Shown here piece after piece: positions 1 to 12,499 of a stretch of 64,000 bases of DNA. This stretch comes from Narcine bancroftii (taxonomy: Eukaryota). The translations under genes were made by a program, and so were the position numbers. The notes beneath the pieces are model-generated. The model was given only the letters and a program-made list of their open reading frames with translations, ran no database searches and was not told the DNA's origin. Numbering within the stretch: the stretch's first letter is position 1; the number at the start of each line of letters is the position of its first letter. The stretch lies in assembly GCF_036971445.1 (NCBI RefSeq), contig NC_091478.1, forward strand, positions 11,904,001 through 11,968,000, given 5' to 3'.

Positions 1-269
1 CAAGCTGGGACGTGACAGCAAGGTCCTTGGGTCGTAGGTTTTATATCGGAGTGACCTTCTCCTATTATGAGACATTATGAGACACATTAATATATTAATT
101 TATTAAAACTAGAGAGTCCATTATAGGCAGCTTTACTGTTGGGAACCACTGGCATTCAGCTACTTTCCATTAAGCAAGTACTGAACTTGTTCAGACTCAC
201 TGCAAATACAGTTATGCTAATTGAGAGATTTCAGTTGTGGGAAAAGTGAACCTATACCCTTCAAGAGTA

Positions 270-720
270 CAGGTACACAATCCTTTATCCGGAACCCTTG
301 GGGGACAGGGTATTCTGAATTTCAGATTTTTCCGGATTTCAGAACAAAAGCTAGCTGCCCCAGATTTAAGCCCACCTGAATTGTGCTGCTGTATCCACCC
401 CCTTCCAGTCGCGCTGGCGTCTCTCTCTCCCCCTCGCCCACCCAAGTTGCACTGCTGTCTCTCTCTCTCTCTCTCCTCCCCCACCAGAGTCGTGCTGCTG
501 TCTCTCTCTCTCTCTCTTCTCGCCCACCCGAGTCGCGCTTCTGTCTCTCTCTCCCCCCGCCCACCCAAGTCGCGCTGCCGTCTCCACCCCGCACCCCCCC
601 CCCTCCCAACCTACTCATGCTGCTGTCTCTCTCTCCCTCCACTGTAACAGTACCAGGAAAAAATACCAGTTTTTGGAGCTTTCCAGATTTTAGATGTCCG
701 GATAAAGGATTGTGTACCTG
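270..720. mobile_element. Tc1/mariner-pogo-type non-autonomous DNA transposon (MITE)
   Basis: Perfect 24-bp TIRs CAGGTACACAATCCTTTATCCGGA / TCCGGATAAAGGATTGTGTACCTG with TA on both sides. Internal degenerate CT-rich tandem units. Confidence 0.88.
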
Positions 721-1879
721 TACTTGCTGCCCTGGTAGTTTGGAAATAAAAATGTTGCAAGTTAAACTTATTTACTTTTATTGACTCAAATTTTTTTTAA
801 ATTTTCTATATTTATTTTAATCTTTTAAAAAATATTAAAAATAACCTTAACATTTTTGTACTTCAGAATATAAAATGCATTTAGAAATGATTGCGCAGCC
901 TTGACAAAGTATATTCCTCTGCTTCTTCCTGTAATTTTAATTCTCTGATGGAATTTTGTTGGTAACACATAATTATGAAAAGAGCAGGCCATTTGGCCTA
1001 TTGAACCTGCTCTTGCGATTAATAAAACCCTGGCTGATCTTGCCATTGACTCAATACCAAATCTCCACCTATTTGCCATAACCCTAATTCCTCTATTCTT
1101 CAAAAATATATCTATCAGTATCTTAAGTACATTCAATGAGCAGCCGCGACTGCTTCCTTGGACAGAGAATTTTGCAGGTCCGCCACTCTCTGGGAAAAGC
1201 AGTTGCTCCTTACCTTTCTTAAATCTGTTCTCCCATATCAGGTGCCAGTGTCCCTGAGTTCTTGTCTCATCTGTCTCTATCTTATCTATTCTTTTTATTA
1301 TTTTATGCCTCTGTAAGATTCCTTCCCATTCTTCTGAACCCCAGTAAGTAGTCTCAGGTGACTCAATCTCTGCAAATGACTTGCCCTTTGTAACCCCAAT
1401 ATCCCATTTACCTTTGTAATAACCTGCTGCACCTATAAACTAACTTTTTGTGATTCATGCAGAAGCCCTCCTAGGTGTGTGTCTCTGCACACTATCATGC
1501 TGCAAGTTTTCATCATTTAAATAATAGTCCTAACAACTATTTTTCAATCCAAAGTGGATAACTTCGTATTTACCAAAAGATTTTTGGCCCACTCTCTTAC
1601 CTATGGCTTTTTAAGACTCAGTTCCCTCTACATAATTTGCTTTACCACTCAATTTAGTACGACCACCTAACGTAGATATGCTACACTTGGTTCCCTCCTC
1701 CAGCTCATTTATGCATATGAACGGTTGTGGGCCCAGCACTGATCTCTGCATCATCTATCTCAACACTGGTTACTCACCAGATAAACATTGATCCCAACTC
1801 CCAGCCTTCTCTTAACCAAATACCTTGAATTCGTATGCAGAAATCTTGACGCAGTACTGTATCAAAACGTGTTCTAGAA

Positions 1880-2450
1880 ATCTAATGTCTAATACATCCA
1901 CTTGTGGTCTCTACCTCGGAGAGACCAGACACAGACTGGGAGATTACTTCGTTGAGCAAGGATTTTCCAGTGGCAACCCATTTCAATTCCATGTACCATT
2001 CCCATGCTGACATGTCTATTCATGCACTGCTCGACTGAAGCCATCTGCATACAAATTGGACGAACACCGCATATTCCGTCTGGACCACCCTCTAACCAGA
2101 TGGCATTAATATCAACTTCTCAGGTTTCCGTCCCACCCACTCTTCAGTCTTTCCCTATCCCTCTGCCTCTTTTCCTCCAATTCTGCACTCAGAAAGCCAC
2201 AGCTCTCCCTAAATTAATTCACACCTTCCCTTTCCTCCTGTTCATGTCCAATTACTATGTTTTGCCTGTGCTCCTCCTCTTCCAACCTTATTATTCATGT
2301 GCCTGCCTGATTTGTGCTCACACCTTGATAAAGGGGCCCAAAATTTTTGTTATATCTTTACCTCCTATGGATGCTGCAAGACCTGATGAGTTAGTTCCTC
2401 TAGCATTTCTGTGTTTTTACACAATCACAGCATCTGCAGATTTTCGTGTT
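1880..2450 (+). mobile_element. Penelope-like retroelement remnant (GIY-YIG end)
   Basis: Peptide GLYLGETRHRLGDYFVEQ resembles the Penelope GIY-YIG motif YIGETxRxLxxRFxEH. Nested in CR1-like sequence. Boundaries approximate. Confidence 0.6.
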
Positions 2451-3233
2451 TTACCACATCTACCTGTAATCCTCAAAGAACTCCATTAAGTTAGTTAAAC
2501 ATGACATGATTTTAATCCATGCTGTGTAAGAACAATTTCTGTCCAGATTTCTTGTTATTTCTTCCTTAATGATTGCTTCAAACTCCAAATGTAAAGGCAA
2601 CAGCCCTAAAATTTTGTGGACTTACTTTTTTTTTTAAACAGTGGATTTACATTTGTTGACTTCCAATCTACTAGGACCTGCTCTGATCCAGGACCTTGGC
2701 AAGTATTAACTATTAGCATTTTGCTATTTGACAAAACATCAAATGAAATCTGTCTTAAGGTAAATAGAATTTACTGACCACCACTCAAGAGAGTACTATA
2801 GAAATCGAGAGAGCATTATAGAAACAAACAATATTTATCTACCCTGTGAATAACAATCCAACCTCACAAGTGCATGGGATTTCAGGAATAGTAAATCAAC
2901 ACAATGTCTAAAGGTATATTGGCCATGCTAGTTTGCATTGACCAAAAGACAAAGCTCTAAATCCAAAAGGGTACTATAAATTCCTTCAAAGGAATAAGCA
3001 TTAAATTTACTATGATCTCTCAAAGAATTATTTAAAAACTAGTGGAAAGATTAAAATGCAATTAAAAGTTTCATAACCCTGAAATAAGGATGAACATTTC
3101 ATTATTTTTTAATCCTTTAAGATCTTTTCATTGCGTAACTTCTAAACATTTTTATTTTGTTCCTTTGCATATGCTTATCATCAAATTTCAGATAACGCCT
3201 CAAATCAGAAAGTGCATATTCTCAGCTCCTGAC

Positions 3234-3340
3234 CTGTTGGTAAATCAACCAGCTGCAGTTCATTCCGCACCAATCCCAGATTATTTGGTGTTGAGGTGGC
3301 AAAAGATAAAAAACTGGTCAGGCTTGCCCATTCAATGCCC
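3234..3340 (-). CDS. WDR11: WDR11 exon 12 (GIEWASLTSFLSFATSTPNNLGLVRNELQLVDLPT); gene continues beyond the window start
   Basis: Translated by hand. aacag|G acceptor, ACAG|gtcagg donor. 107 nt. I did not find exon 13 in 1-3233. Confidence 0.95.
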
Positions 3341-5160
3341 CTGTTGAAAGTCCACAAAAGGATTCCATTGTTTAAAAATTGTCGACAACCTTGGTCTCAA
3401 TTCTTATTCGGCTAGACTAGACACACAGTGATAAGTTCAGCAACAAAGTTAGCTATTTGGAGCATTCTAGGTGGCATTTTAACCTGAGGTAACAATGATT
3501 TGAATTTACATGGCGCATTTAACATTATAGAACAGCAATCGGATTTCCTGACCCATCAGATTTCACATCAAAAATTGCCACTTACACATACATTTTACAA
3601 CTTCCTCAGTTATAATTAGTTTCATCATTGTGGAGTCTGATGGAGATGATCCTCACACGACTTTAAACTCCATTAAAGGTATTTCTTATGTTCTCTAAAC
3701 CATTGGTTACATTGAAGTTTAAACAAGTTCAACCCTATCAGAAACAATTATTTTGTGCATTAAATTAGCTTGTAACACAACAAAAAGTTGAAAATAACCC
3801 AGTTGTCAACTTTTGTAAAAATCAGCATTAAAAACCATAAAGTCACTGTGAGAGATTCAAGGTGAAAGGTTGAGCTTCTTTTAGTTTCAATAAATAAAAT
3901 ATAAAAATGTAATATACAAGATATACTTCAACTTTTGCCTGTTTAAAGCAGACAAAGAAGTGACATGAACCTGCCCTGGTTCATCAGCATTCCTCCAAAC
4001 TAAGTCCTGTTTTGTAACCTTCACCAATTTTATCAAGTAAAAATTAAGAAAAAAAAGATATTCCCAAACTAGCTCAGCTGTAGAATATATAATAATGTGG
4101 AGAGATCCACATTTCAGAGTCTGCTGGATCTCAGGAGGGCTTCTTCTGTTCAGTTCTGCAGTAAATGATATACTGTTGGCCTTTAATGGTCATTCCATTG
4201 GCCAGCACGGATTTTTGCAGGAAAACCTGCAAGTTGCAATTTCCTGCCACTCGTTCTTCTCCTGCCACCTCCAACATAACTCAATTGGTTATAATTTCAT
4301 ATGTATAACATTCTACATACTTAGTCTTATTTTGCCATTTTATGACAGTGGGAAAGATTGAGAGGACTGGTTCTGGAAGAAGAGGGAAAGCACAGAACTA
4401 AAAAAAAAGATAACAAGGTATCAAACTCAGAAAAGCATCCAACAATAATTAACTTCTGATTGATCATATAATTTATTTTTCTTAATCGCTCTCTCAAAGC
4501 CAATGACTGCAAACTGTTCATAGGTCATGTCATCGAAAATTAGCTGACCATATCAAATTAACATACAAATATTTAAATTTATAATCTTTAGTTCCACTGA
4601 CCAACTAACTTTAATGAGTTGTCCACGTACACCAAATCGTTCAGGTTCCTCGTAATCATTTTAAGTTTGTGCACCTCAAGGTTCTGTAACCTTACTGTCA
4701 TTGCTCGTCACATTTGTATGGCACGTCAAGAGTAGTTGGAAAAATACTCAGCACACAAGCATCCAACTTGCAAGATATTAAGCAAATGTATTTTTAAAGT
4801 GTTATTCTCTTTATAAAGTATGTATAAAGCTTGCTATACTTCCTGCAGTAATTTCTCAAATGTAGCCAAGATGACATACAGGCATTAAATGCAATCATTG
4901 CAGTTGATGGCTTTCCATTAGGTTCTTCCATCATCAAAGCCAAATTAATTATGCTTGCCTGTTATTTTCTTTTCAAAGAACTCTAGTTTTGTTCAAATGT
5001 GTCTCCTTTATTGCTTTTAATACCTGAAACTTGGTGGTCGAGGAAGTCGGCTGACATTAAAATGCCTCCCTTTAAAATATTCACTTTAAAATGGCCTCAA
5101 GATAATTATCCATTTTATTCCCCTTCCCCCATCCTTAACAGAACATCCTATCCTCTAGTT

Positions 5161-5543
5161 CAGTGGTTTTCAATTTCCACACCCCCCCCACCCCACTCAC
5201 ATACCTCCTTAAGTAATCCCTATGGAAGAGGTGCTCTGTGATTAGTCAAGGATTGCTTAAGGTGGTATGTGAGTGGAAAACAAGTTTGAAAACCACCGTT
5301 TTAATTGTCCCTAATTAACTCGTTATGTGCACGGTTTCATAACTCCAAAGAAAATGAGCCAATGACAAATTTTCTCAAGCAAAATATTTCAGTTACAATT
5401 GGGTCGAGAGCAGAGGTTCTCGACCTGTTTTCTCCGCACTCACATACCATTTTAAGCAATCCCTTACTAATCATAGAGCACCGATGGCATAGGGATTACT
5501 TAAGGTGGTATGTGAGTGGAAAGAAAAAGTTCAAAAACCACTG
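5161..5543. mobile_element. hAT (Charlie-like) composite non-autonomous element
   Basis: CAGTGGTT...AACCACTG termini. Exact 8-bp TSD CTCTAGTT at 5153-5160 and 5544-5551. Two hairpin units (5161-5298, 5411-5543) flank a core. Confidence 0.88.
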
Positions 5544-6069
5544 CTCTAGTTGGTGCCTCACCATGGTAGTACGACAGAGTCTGAGTAACTCAGAGGAAGT
5601 CAATTTTGGATGGTCATATTTCTTTTGTGTAACATTAGATAATATATTTACAAACTAAGCAAGTATTTAATGAATTTTGGGTTACATCAGTGCAAACTCA
5701 CAAGTAGCCTTCTCCATTATGAAACATCAAAGTAATCAATTTCATTCATCTTTTTCATGATAATTACATATACAAAAGTAGGCTCAAGAATTTGGAAAAC
5801 AGCTGCTGCACCATTCTGTCTAAAGTTATTTCAGCACACCTTTGCAATAAGGCATATAACTAGACAGATGTTTATGAAAAATGCTCATAATGTGGAACAA
5901 AGAAGCTCTAGGGCAAAAAGATGACCTTTCAAAGTAAGGGTTGATTTTGCATTCTTTATGCAAATCTTGTTAAATCCATATCTAATAGATTGTTTATAAT
6001 TATGACGTGTATTTTTTTTATTCCTTTTAAAAATTTGCACACATGGAATTTCTACACTGAAAATCTTAC

Positions 6070-6154
6070 TTGACTTCGCAGGAATGTATACTTAATTCCT
6101 TGTGTAACAATCCACTAGTAAGATGATAAATCAACACGGATCCGTTGCTGGTAC
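6070..6154 (-). CDS. WDR11: WDR11 exon 11 (GTSNGSVLIYHLTSGLLHKELSIHSCEVK)
   Basis: Translated by hand. ttccag|GT acceptor, AA|gtaaga donor. 85 nt. Confidence 0.95.
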
Positions 6155-7500
6155 CTGGAATGCACATTGATTGAACAATTGATGAACATGTTTTTTAATC
6201 CATTAATCAATGAAATAATAACCTCATCAATTCTGCTGTCAACTAACTGATCGAAGGTAAAAGATGTAACATATTGACTAATTGTATAATTTTCTATGTC
6301 CATTGAAGTCAATAATTCGTCAATGAAGTTGTATAAACTGATTCAGATTAATCTTACTGGATCAGACATAATCATTGAATCTTCTTGATGGTTCAGTAAT
6401 TTGGAATCAGGCATTGGAGTCTCATCAATAATAAACCTAGGACATTCCAAGGCAAATATGATCTTGGGCAAGCTGCTACAGGATCATTAAAACCAACAGA
6501 CTGCATCCAAATAGCAGCTAATGCCTTTCCAAAAAAAAACCTAGGGATCGGGAGTAAAGAAGAATTACGGGGGGGGTGGGGGAGGGGAGTGAATCTTGAT
6601 TCTAAATTGAGAACTTGGAGGACTCCAAAGTATTAAAAGCTGGAAAATCTCATGTAAAACTTACTATTTTCATTGGATTTTATGAGCTTCAGCTTTTAAT
6701 CATGTTTCACAATTTACAATTTCTGAAGAAAAATTTTATTGACCATATCCAAAATATAATTAGGAGCACAATCGTGAAATTAAGACAGAAATTCTTGTTG
6801 GAATAAATATGAGAAACAGTTACAGAAAAAGCCCTGTTACCAGAATTCAAACAACAAGCATCCTCAAGCAACCGGTAAATTGCCCAGAACGAAGAACTAG
6901 TGATGCTGCTTTCCGTTGGGGAGACTCCCTTAAAGTGTCTCCTTATCTCTGATTAGTAGGAGTTGGCCTGGTCATAGGCTTTATCTGTAAACTTGGAGGG
7001 GAGGGGTGGTAATTATCTATAATGTTATTGTTCGTCTTTTGGGCAGTTCCATGGAGGGGGAGGAACCTGCAGATGCAATGACAGTTAAAAGAATTTCAAA
7101 GAATATGACTGAAATTAAAATAAAATGCTTTAAGATTTATATATTCATGCAAGTGAAGTTTGTTCAGTTTAGGTACAGTATAGTATTTTTGTCTTTTAAA
7201 CTCTTTTATTAATGCTGGTGTATTAGTTAGGTATTGTAAGAGTAAGTCTCAAGCAACCAGAAAAATACACTTATCCAGCATCTACCATTCCCTAGATTGG
7301 CTGTATAGGAGAGGCTGTATTTACTAAGTTGCCTAATGTTCTATCATAATAAAGACCATGGACATGTGCAAATTTGATTACTTCTGGAGAGGTATTTGCA
7401 TTTATTCTTCATGTTTTGGAACAAACACGTGCATGCTTGCAGAGATAGTAAAGAATTTCCACTTAATCCTAAAAATAAAAAACCTGCAACAAGTACTCAC

Positions 7501-7677
7501 CCACCGCCAACAATGGATGATAGCTCTTTATGTTCTTGGTAGTAAGTGGTGGGCACATTCGTACAACAAATGGTGGCAGTGGAAGACCAGACAACAAACC
7601 AGTCAGCAGGAACTTCAGCTGAACCTCTTGTTGGTTCTGAATCCTAGGAGACTCTTCATCTATTGCTATTCTTTGTC
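7501..7677 (-). CDS. WDR11: WDR11 exon 10 (GQRIAIDEESPRIQNQQEVQLKFLLTGLLSGLPLPPFVVRMCPPLTTKNIKSYHPLLAV)
   Basis: Lies within ORF 7469..7750. gtcag|GA acceptor, G|gtgagt donor. 177 nt. Confidence 0.95.
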
Positions 7678-7847
7678 CTGACGGAAAGATAAATTGCCAG
7701 GATAGGTCATGTGGTACATCAAAATAGATTACACTAAGCTTAAATATCAAAAAGGGCCAGTTGGCAGATCAAGACACCACACTCTGTGAGGCATGCTTGA
7801 GAAAAATCAGGTGGCCACTGCACATTTATTTTTATATATTTTTTTTA

Positions 7848-8087
7848 AATTTTAGACATACAGCAGGGTAACAGACCCTTTTAATCTACGAGCCCGTGCC
7901 ACCCAATTGACCTACAAACCCCGGTATGTTTTGAACAGTGGGAGGAAACCGGAGGCCCTGAGGAAAATCCACGCAAGCATAGGGAGAATGTAGAAACTCC
8001 TTACCTACAGCATGGGATTCTAACCCTAGTCCCAATCGCCGGTGCTGTAACAGCAGTGCGCTAACCACTACACCAACCATGCCACCC
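7848..8087 (-). mobile_element. tRNA-derived V-SINE-like element (HE1-like); related copies near 22277-22510, 23466-23632 and 41872-41968
   Basis: Minus strand shows a tRNA-like head (GGTGTAGTGGTTAGCGC...GAATCCC), the V-domain-like core CTCCGGTTTCCTCCCAC, and a shared tail TGCTGTATGTCTAAAT. Confidence 0.7.
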
Positions 8088-10989
8088 TTCTTTTAATTCT
8101 TTAAATTTATACCCTTGACTTACACTGGCCAAATAACTTGAATGACTAGCCCATATTCACCACATCTCTGAGATTCCTGTAAACTATGTTAAAATTGTTC
8201 ACCTAAAAAGTACTCAACATTTCTTCATAATTATATGCATCTTTTAAAACTGATGGTTATGAGGAGAACTTCGGCCATTCAATATTCCACACACAATTCT
8301 ACTTGAGTAGATTATGTACAGCAATTATGAATCCTTTCTCAGAGCATATATTACTATTTCCATTCTTTTATCCAAGTGACAGAAACATAGACTCTGAGTT
8401 GGCTCACGGCATTAGTCTTGGGAATTACATCTAAAAAAATGTGCATGCATAAATTTACAACTAAACAGCACTGTGGAACTGATCAAAGATGTAGCAAATC
8501 CATGGAAAAGGTCTGGTCATGCTTGAAGGGCTATAAGGTTCACTACAGGTTCTTCAGTCTCATTCTATTTTGCAGAAGTCCCTTTCTAAAAGTTCAACAA
8601 AAATTGTACAAGTTTCTGAAGGTGAAAGACTTGATGCTCTGCTTGTCAGTTTCTTGCATTTATAACGTTTTCAATGGTTTCCATGCTGTCTCTAATCACT
8701 CTACCTAGCAACAGTACAATTACCCTCTCAATGGTTTGCTACTGAATGAAAATTCACACTGTTTAACTTTACAGGTACACTGAATCTTCCTTCACTAGTT
8801 CTTTAAATCGATATCGAACTAAAAACACCCTCATAGCCTTCCTTTGAAGTGTGGTTTTCCACTGTTTATTTTAAAAAATGAAAATTATAACATTTTCTCA
8901 TCATAATATTTGCAGTTTAAATACTTGGTGGGGTCAGATACAAACTTGGAGTGCAACAATGAGAATCAAATCCAGTTATGCAATCATATTAAATGTTCTC
9001 TGCAACAGACAAAATATTTTATCACATCACTGGTTTGCTTTGCTCGACTTAAAATACTTCTCTCTATTCCCCTTCATTCTAACTTTACTCTTTGCTGGGT
9101 CGAACTGTCCCCCGGATTCTCTCTGAGAAATGAAAGGACGTTGAACTTTTCTTCCCCCTCCCTCCCCCGCCTCCACAGGAAATAAGAGGTTCCCAATAAA
9201 TTTAAAGTATCTATTAACTGCTCACTGCTAAAAGTCCATGAGAAACACTAAAGACAGGTTATTCTTACTTAATGACCTATTAATAGGGCTTTAAATATTA
9301 TCATTAGCTGTAAATCCCCACATTTAAGGGTGACTATATTTCAAAAACTGGTCAAAAAAAGTGTTAAACATAATAGTTCTTATTCCCTTTCTTTTTTATT
9401 GAAACAGAAGTAACTGAATAACAATAGATATGATTCAAGATTATTGATCAGTTAATTAAAGTGCACTTTTAAAATGGAACTTGGAGTTAATTTCAATCAT
9501 ATTTTTAGTATTTTTCAAAAAATGTAGGAATTCTTGAGCAAAATTATGTATTCTTCCATATTTCTGGAAAGGTTTTAGCAAAAGACTGGTCACAACTTTT
9601 TACAGGATGAGAGCCAGGCAGGCTGTGGCAGAGCAACCATTTTGAGAAGGACTGTCTTAAGGCAGAACTGCCTGCTGGTGGTGAAAGTATCCATTTTTAG
9701 AAACTGGGCTTTGGTGAGGAAGGCAAGTGTAAGTTAAGGGTTTTGCTTTTTTGCTTCCATGATTTTTTTTCCCCAAAAGGCTGTAATGTTAGTCAGTGGA
9801 GTGGGATATGCCTTCTGTCAATTGTGGGAAATCATTTTCATGAGAACATGACTGGGACTAGGGGGCTTGAATTATGAGAACTGGAGCATTTCACCCTGGA
9901 GCAAAGGACGCTAAGGGAGAACCTTGAAGAGGCTTATAAAATCATGAGGGACATAGATAAGGTAAATAGTCAGAATCTTTTTCAGAGTAGGGAAATCTAA
10001 AATTAGATAGCAACGATTTTCAAGATGGGAAAGATTTAAAAAGGCCCCGAGGGGGGATGGAACAAGCTGGCAGTGAAAATGGTGGAACATTCAAAATATA
10101 TTTAGTCAAGTACATATGTAGGAAAGATTTAGTGGCTTATGAGCTAAGTGCAGACATGATCTTGGGTAGAAATCTTTGTTGCCACAGACGAGTTGGGTCT
10201 TTTTCCATGCTGTACAACACTACGAGTCTAATATTCAACTGCCATTACTTATATGATTGTAAACAAGCAGATATAAGGATTGGCATCATCTTGAATCGAA
10301 GATGCCAACCAAGCAACATCCAACCTGGAAACATTCTTACCAGGCAAACACAATCACAATCATTGAGACTTTTGGTGAAAATGTTATAGGTCAATGCCAA
10401 TTGCCTCCCTTCTGAGTACAGAGGGATTCTAGGGCAAAAATGGATAAAAGGAGCAGACAAAAAGAAACTATAACTAAAGCTGTCAATTTGAGATGTTTTT
10501 ATATAAAGAGGAACTTTATATTTAGTCTCTTCTCGTCTTTCCCCACCAGAAAAATAAACTATATTATACTGAATATATTAGAGAGTTCAGCATCAAAAGT
10601 ACTTAAAGACCAACCTCTCCCCACCCCCACAAAAGAAATTTTAACTATAGATTCTGCATCTAGCTTAAAACTCTAGTAATCTTTATCAGTACTATGCTGG
10701 TGCCAGACTGGAAAATCTTTGGGACTATTAAATGCTGTTCTTGTTAAAACTCAAACACATTTTGAAATTCAATTCTTTTAGATGTTACACACCAATGTAA
10801 TAAAAATTCCAGTAAATCCAGTGAGCTGTAGGGGAGTGGGGGAACCAGAGTCCCAGTGTGTCAAAAGGAACATCAACTGGCATGTCAGATGCTGTACCCT
10901 GGGATTTCCAAGTCATGAGCTAACAGATTATCAGCGTTTTACTGTAACGTGCATTACTAAAGCAAAACAGACCAGAATGTTGCAGTTAC

Positions 10990-11099
10990 CTATCATGTTA
11001 TCCAAGGAGAGGTCTGGAAGCTTTCTTTGTTGTGTGCTCAAAGGGATTCCACAAAATGAAGCCGGACTGTACAAAGGAGAGGCTGTGGAACTTGAGCAA
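10990..11099 (-). CDS. WDR11: WDR11 exon 9 (SCSSSTASPLYSPASFCGIPLSTQQRKLPDLSLDNMI)
   Basis: Lies within ORF 10931..11137. acag|T acceptor, G|gtaact donor. 110 nt. Confidence 0.93.
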
Positions 11100-11358
11100 C
11101 TGTAACAAATACAAAACAGCAATAAATAATGCAACAATAAAGCCTAATAAAAATATCAAACACATGCTGACATGAAAACTGAAATAATGAAAGCTTTATC
11201 ATCAATAGAATGATTAAATGAAAATATTATAACAAAAAGTTTACAATGGGCATTATTTTCACTGCTAAAATACAAGGAGAAGATGCGAGGTGCTGTGGAA
11301 TAATCTGAACTTTTACCTCAGTGACATAGAATCAACTTTTAATGAAATCTTTTTCATC

Positions 11359-11465
11359 GGATACAAATATCTTCTTATTTGAAGAATTCATGCTGCAATT
11401 ATCAACCTAATGATTTAGCATCAAATGACACTACATTTCATGTGCATTTTATAGTAAAGACAGTA
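11359..11465. repeat. Inverted repeat arm A (intron 8), partner of 13868-13974
   Basis: Its reverse complement matches 13868-13974 at 106 of 107 positions (compared by eye). Confidence 0.92.
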
Positions 11466-12300
11466 AATCCTATGACTTTTCCATCGGCAGCAATAGTTTC
11501 TGCATGAAATCATTTGAGGCTGCTTGGTCTAATCCTTAGAAGGTACATACGCACAGCACACACCTGAATATCTGCCCTAGGTGCAGCCCCTCGAGAGAGA
11601 TATTCTTGAGGCCTTTTCCCAGTCGAACTAGAACTGGTCCAGTACCTCAGTGAACAATTCTAGTCAGCAGCTCTGCATTATGATTCAAGGCAGAAATCAG
11701 AAAATTCAAAAGACATGGGAATTAAATAACTTACCAGATCGACAGTCTCAACAACGGAAGAAGAATTAGTGAATTTATCAGGGTGAACATTGACATTATT
11801 TATGATAGATAGAGAAACTTCAATGCAAATTTAATTTACACTGCATTATTTTATGTAAGCATGAATAAATAATGAGAAAATATAAGAATCAGTATGCTCT
11901 ATTATGACCAAAGTTCCTTGAAAATTGAACATTTATAGGGGAACTAATTATTCCCTTCATTTCTAACCACAGGAGCAATCAGTTGGATTGTTGAGATGAC
12001 ATTCATCAGTTTTAGCATGCAGCCTATAACTCAAAAGATACACGTTAGAACATGGAATATACAGGTATTATCACGAGTGGCTATTGAACTACAGCCACTC
12101 AGATTTAAGAGAAAAAATAGACAAAAAAAAGAAGTGAATTAGGTCAGGCTTTGGGGAAACTGCAGAGAAATAGGATGTGACTTAACTATCAGATTAACAA
12201 GAAGACAAACTGCTTTGTACATAATTTTCTGTAATTCAGTGAATTGGTTGATCCAGAATATATCAGAAATCATTTAAATGGAATGCGAAGACAAGGATAC

Positions 12301-12499
12301 CTGTGATAAGGTTTTGGTCCCAATAGGTTGGATTTTAACTCCCACACCATCACTCTGCCATCACTGACAATCAATGCAGCAGAATTTTCACTGACAGCGC
12401 AGCACACCATGTTGAAAGGACGAACGGTCTTGGTGACCCTGATAGCATCACATTGACAACGCAGATCATAAGCAAGTTCCTGAGCAGGTTGATCTGGAT
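12301..12499 (-). CDS. WDR11: WDR11 exon 8 (DPDQPAQELAYDLRCQCDAIRVTKTVRPFNMVCCAVSENSAALIVSDGRVMVWELKSNLLGPKPYH)
   Basis: Lies within ORF 12270..12524. ttag|AT acceptor, AG|gtatcc donor. 199 nt. Confidence 0.95.

Noticed and set aside
212-784. Overlapping 70-136 aa ORFs
   Set aside because: Low-complexity translations of the CT-rich MITE interior.
3190-3420. Initially looked like an old SINE or non-coding element
   Set aside because: The minus-strand translation is WDR11 exon 12 with proper splice sites.
6569-6590. G-tracts as functional G-quadruplexes (also near 39693-39712 and 53675-53698)
   Set aside because: Simple homopolymer-like runs, at least one inside a repeat remnant, and prone to sequencing error. 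There is no other support.
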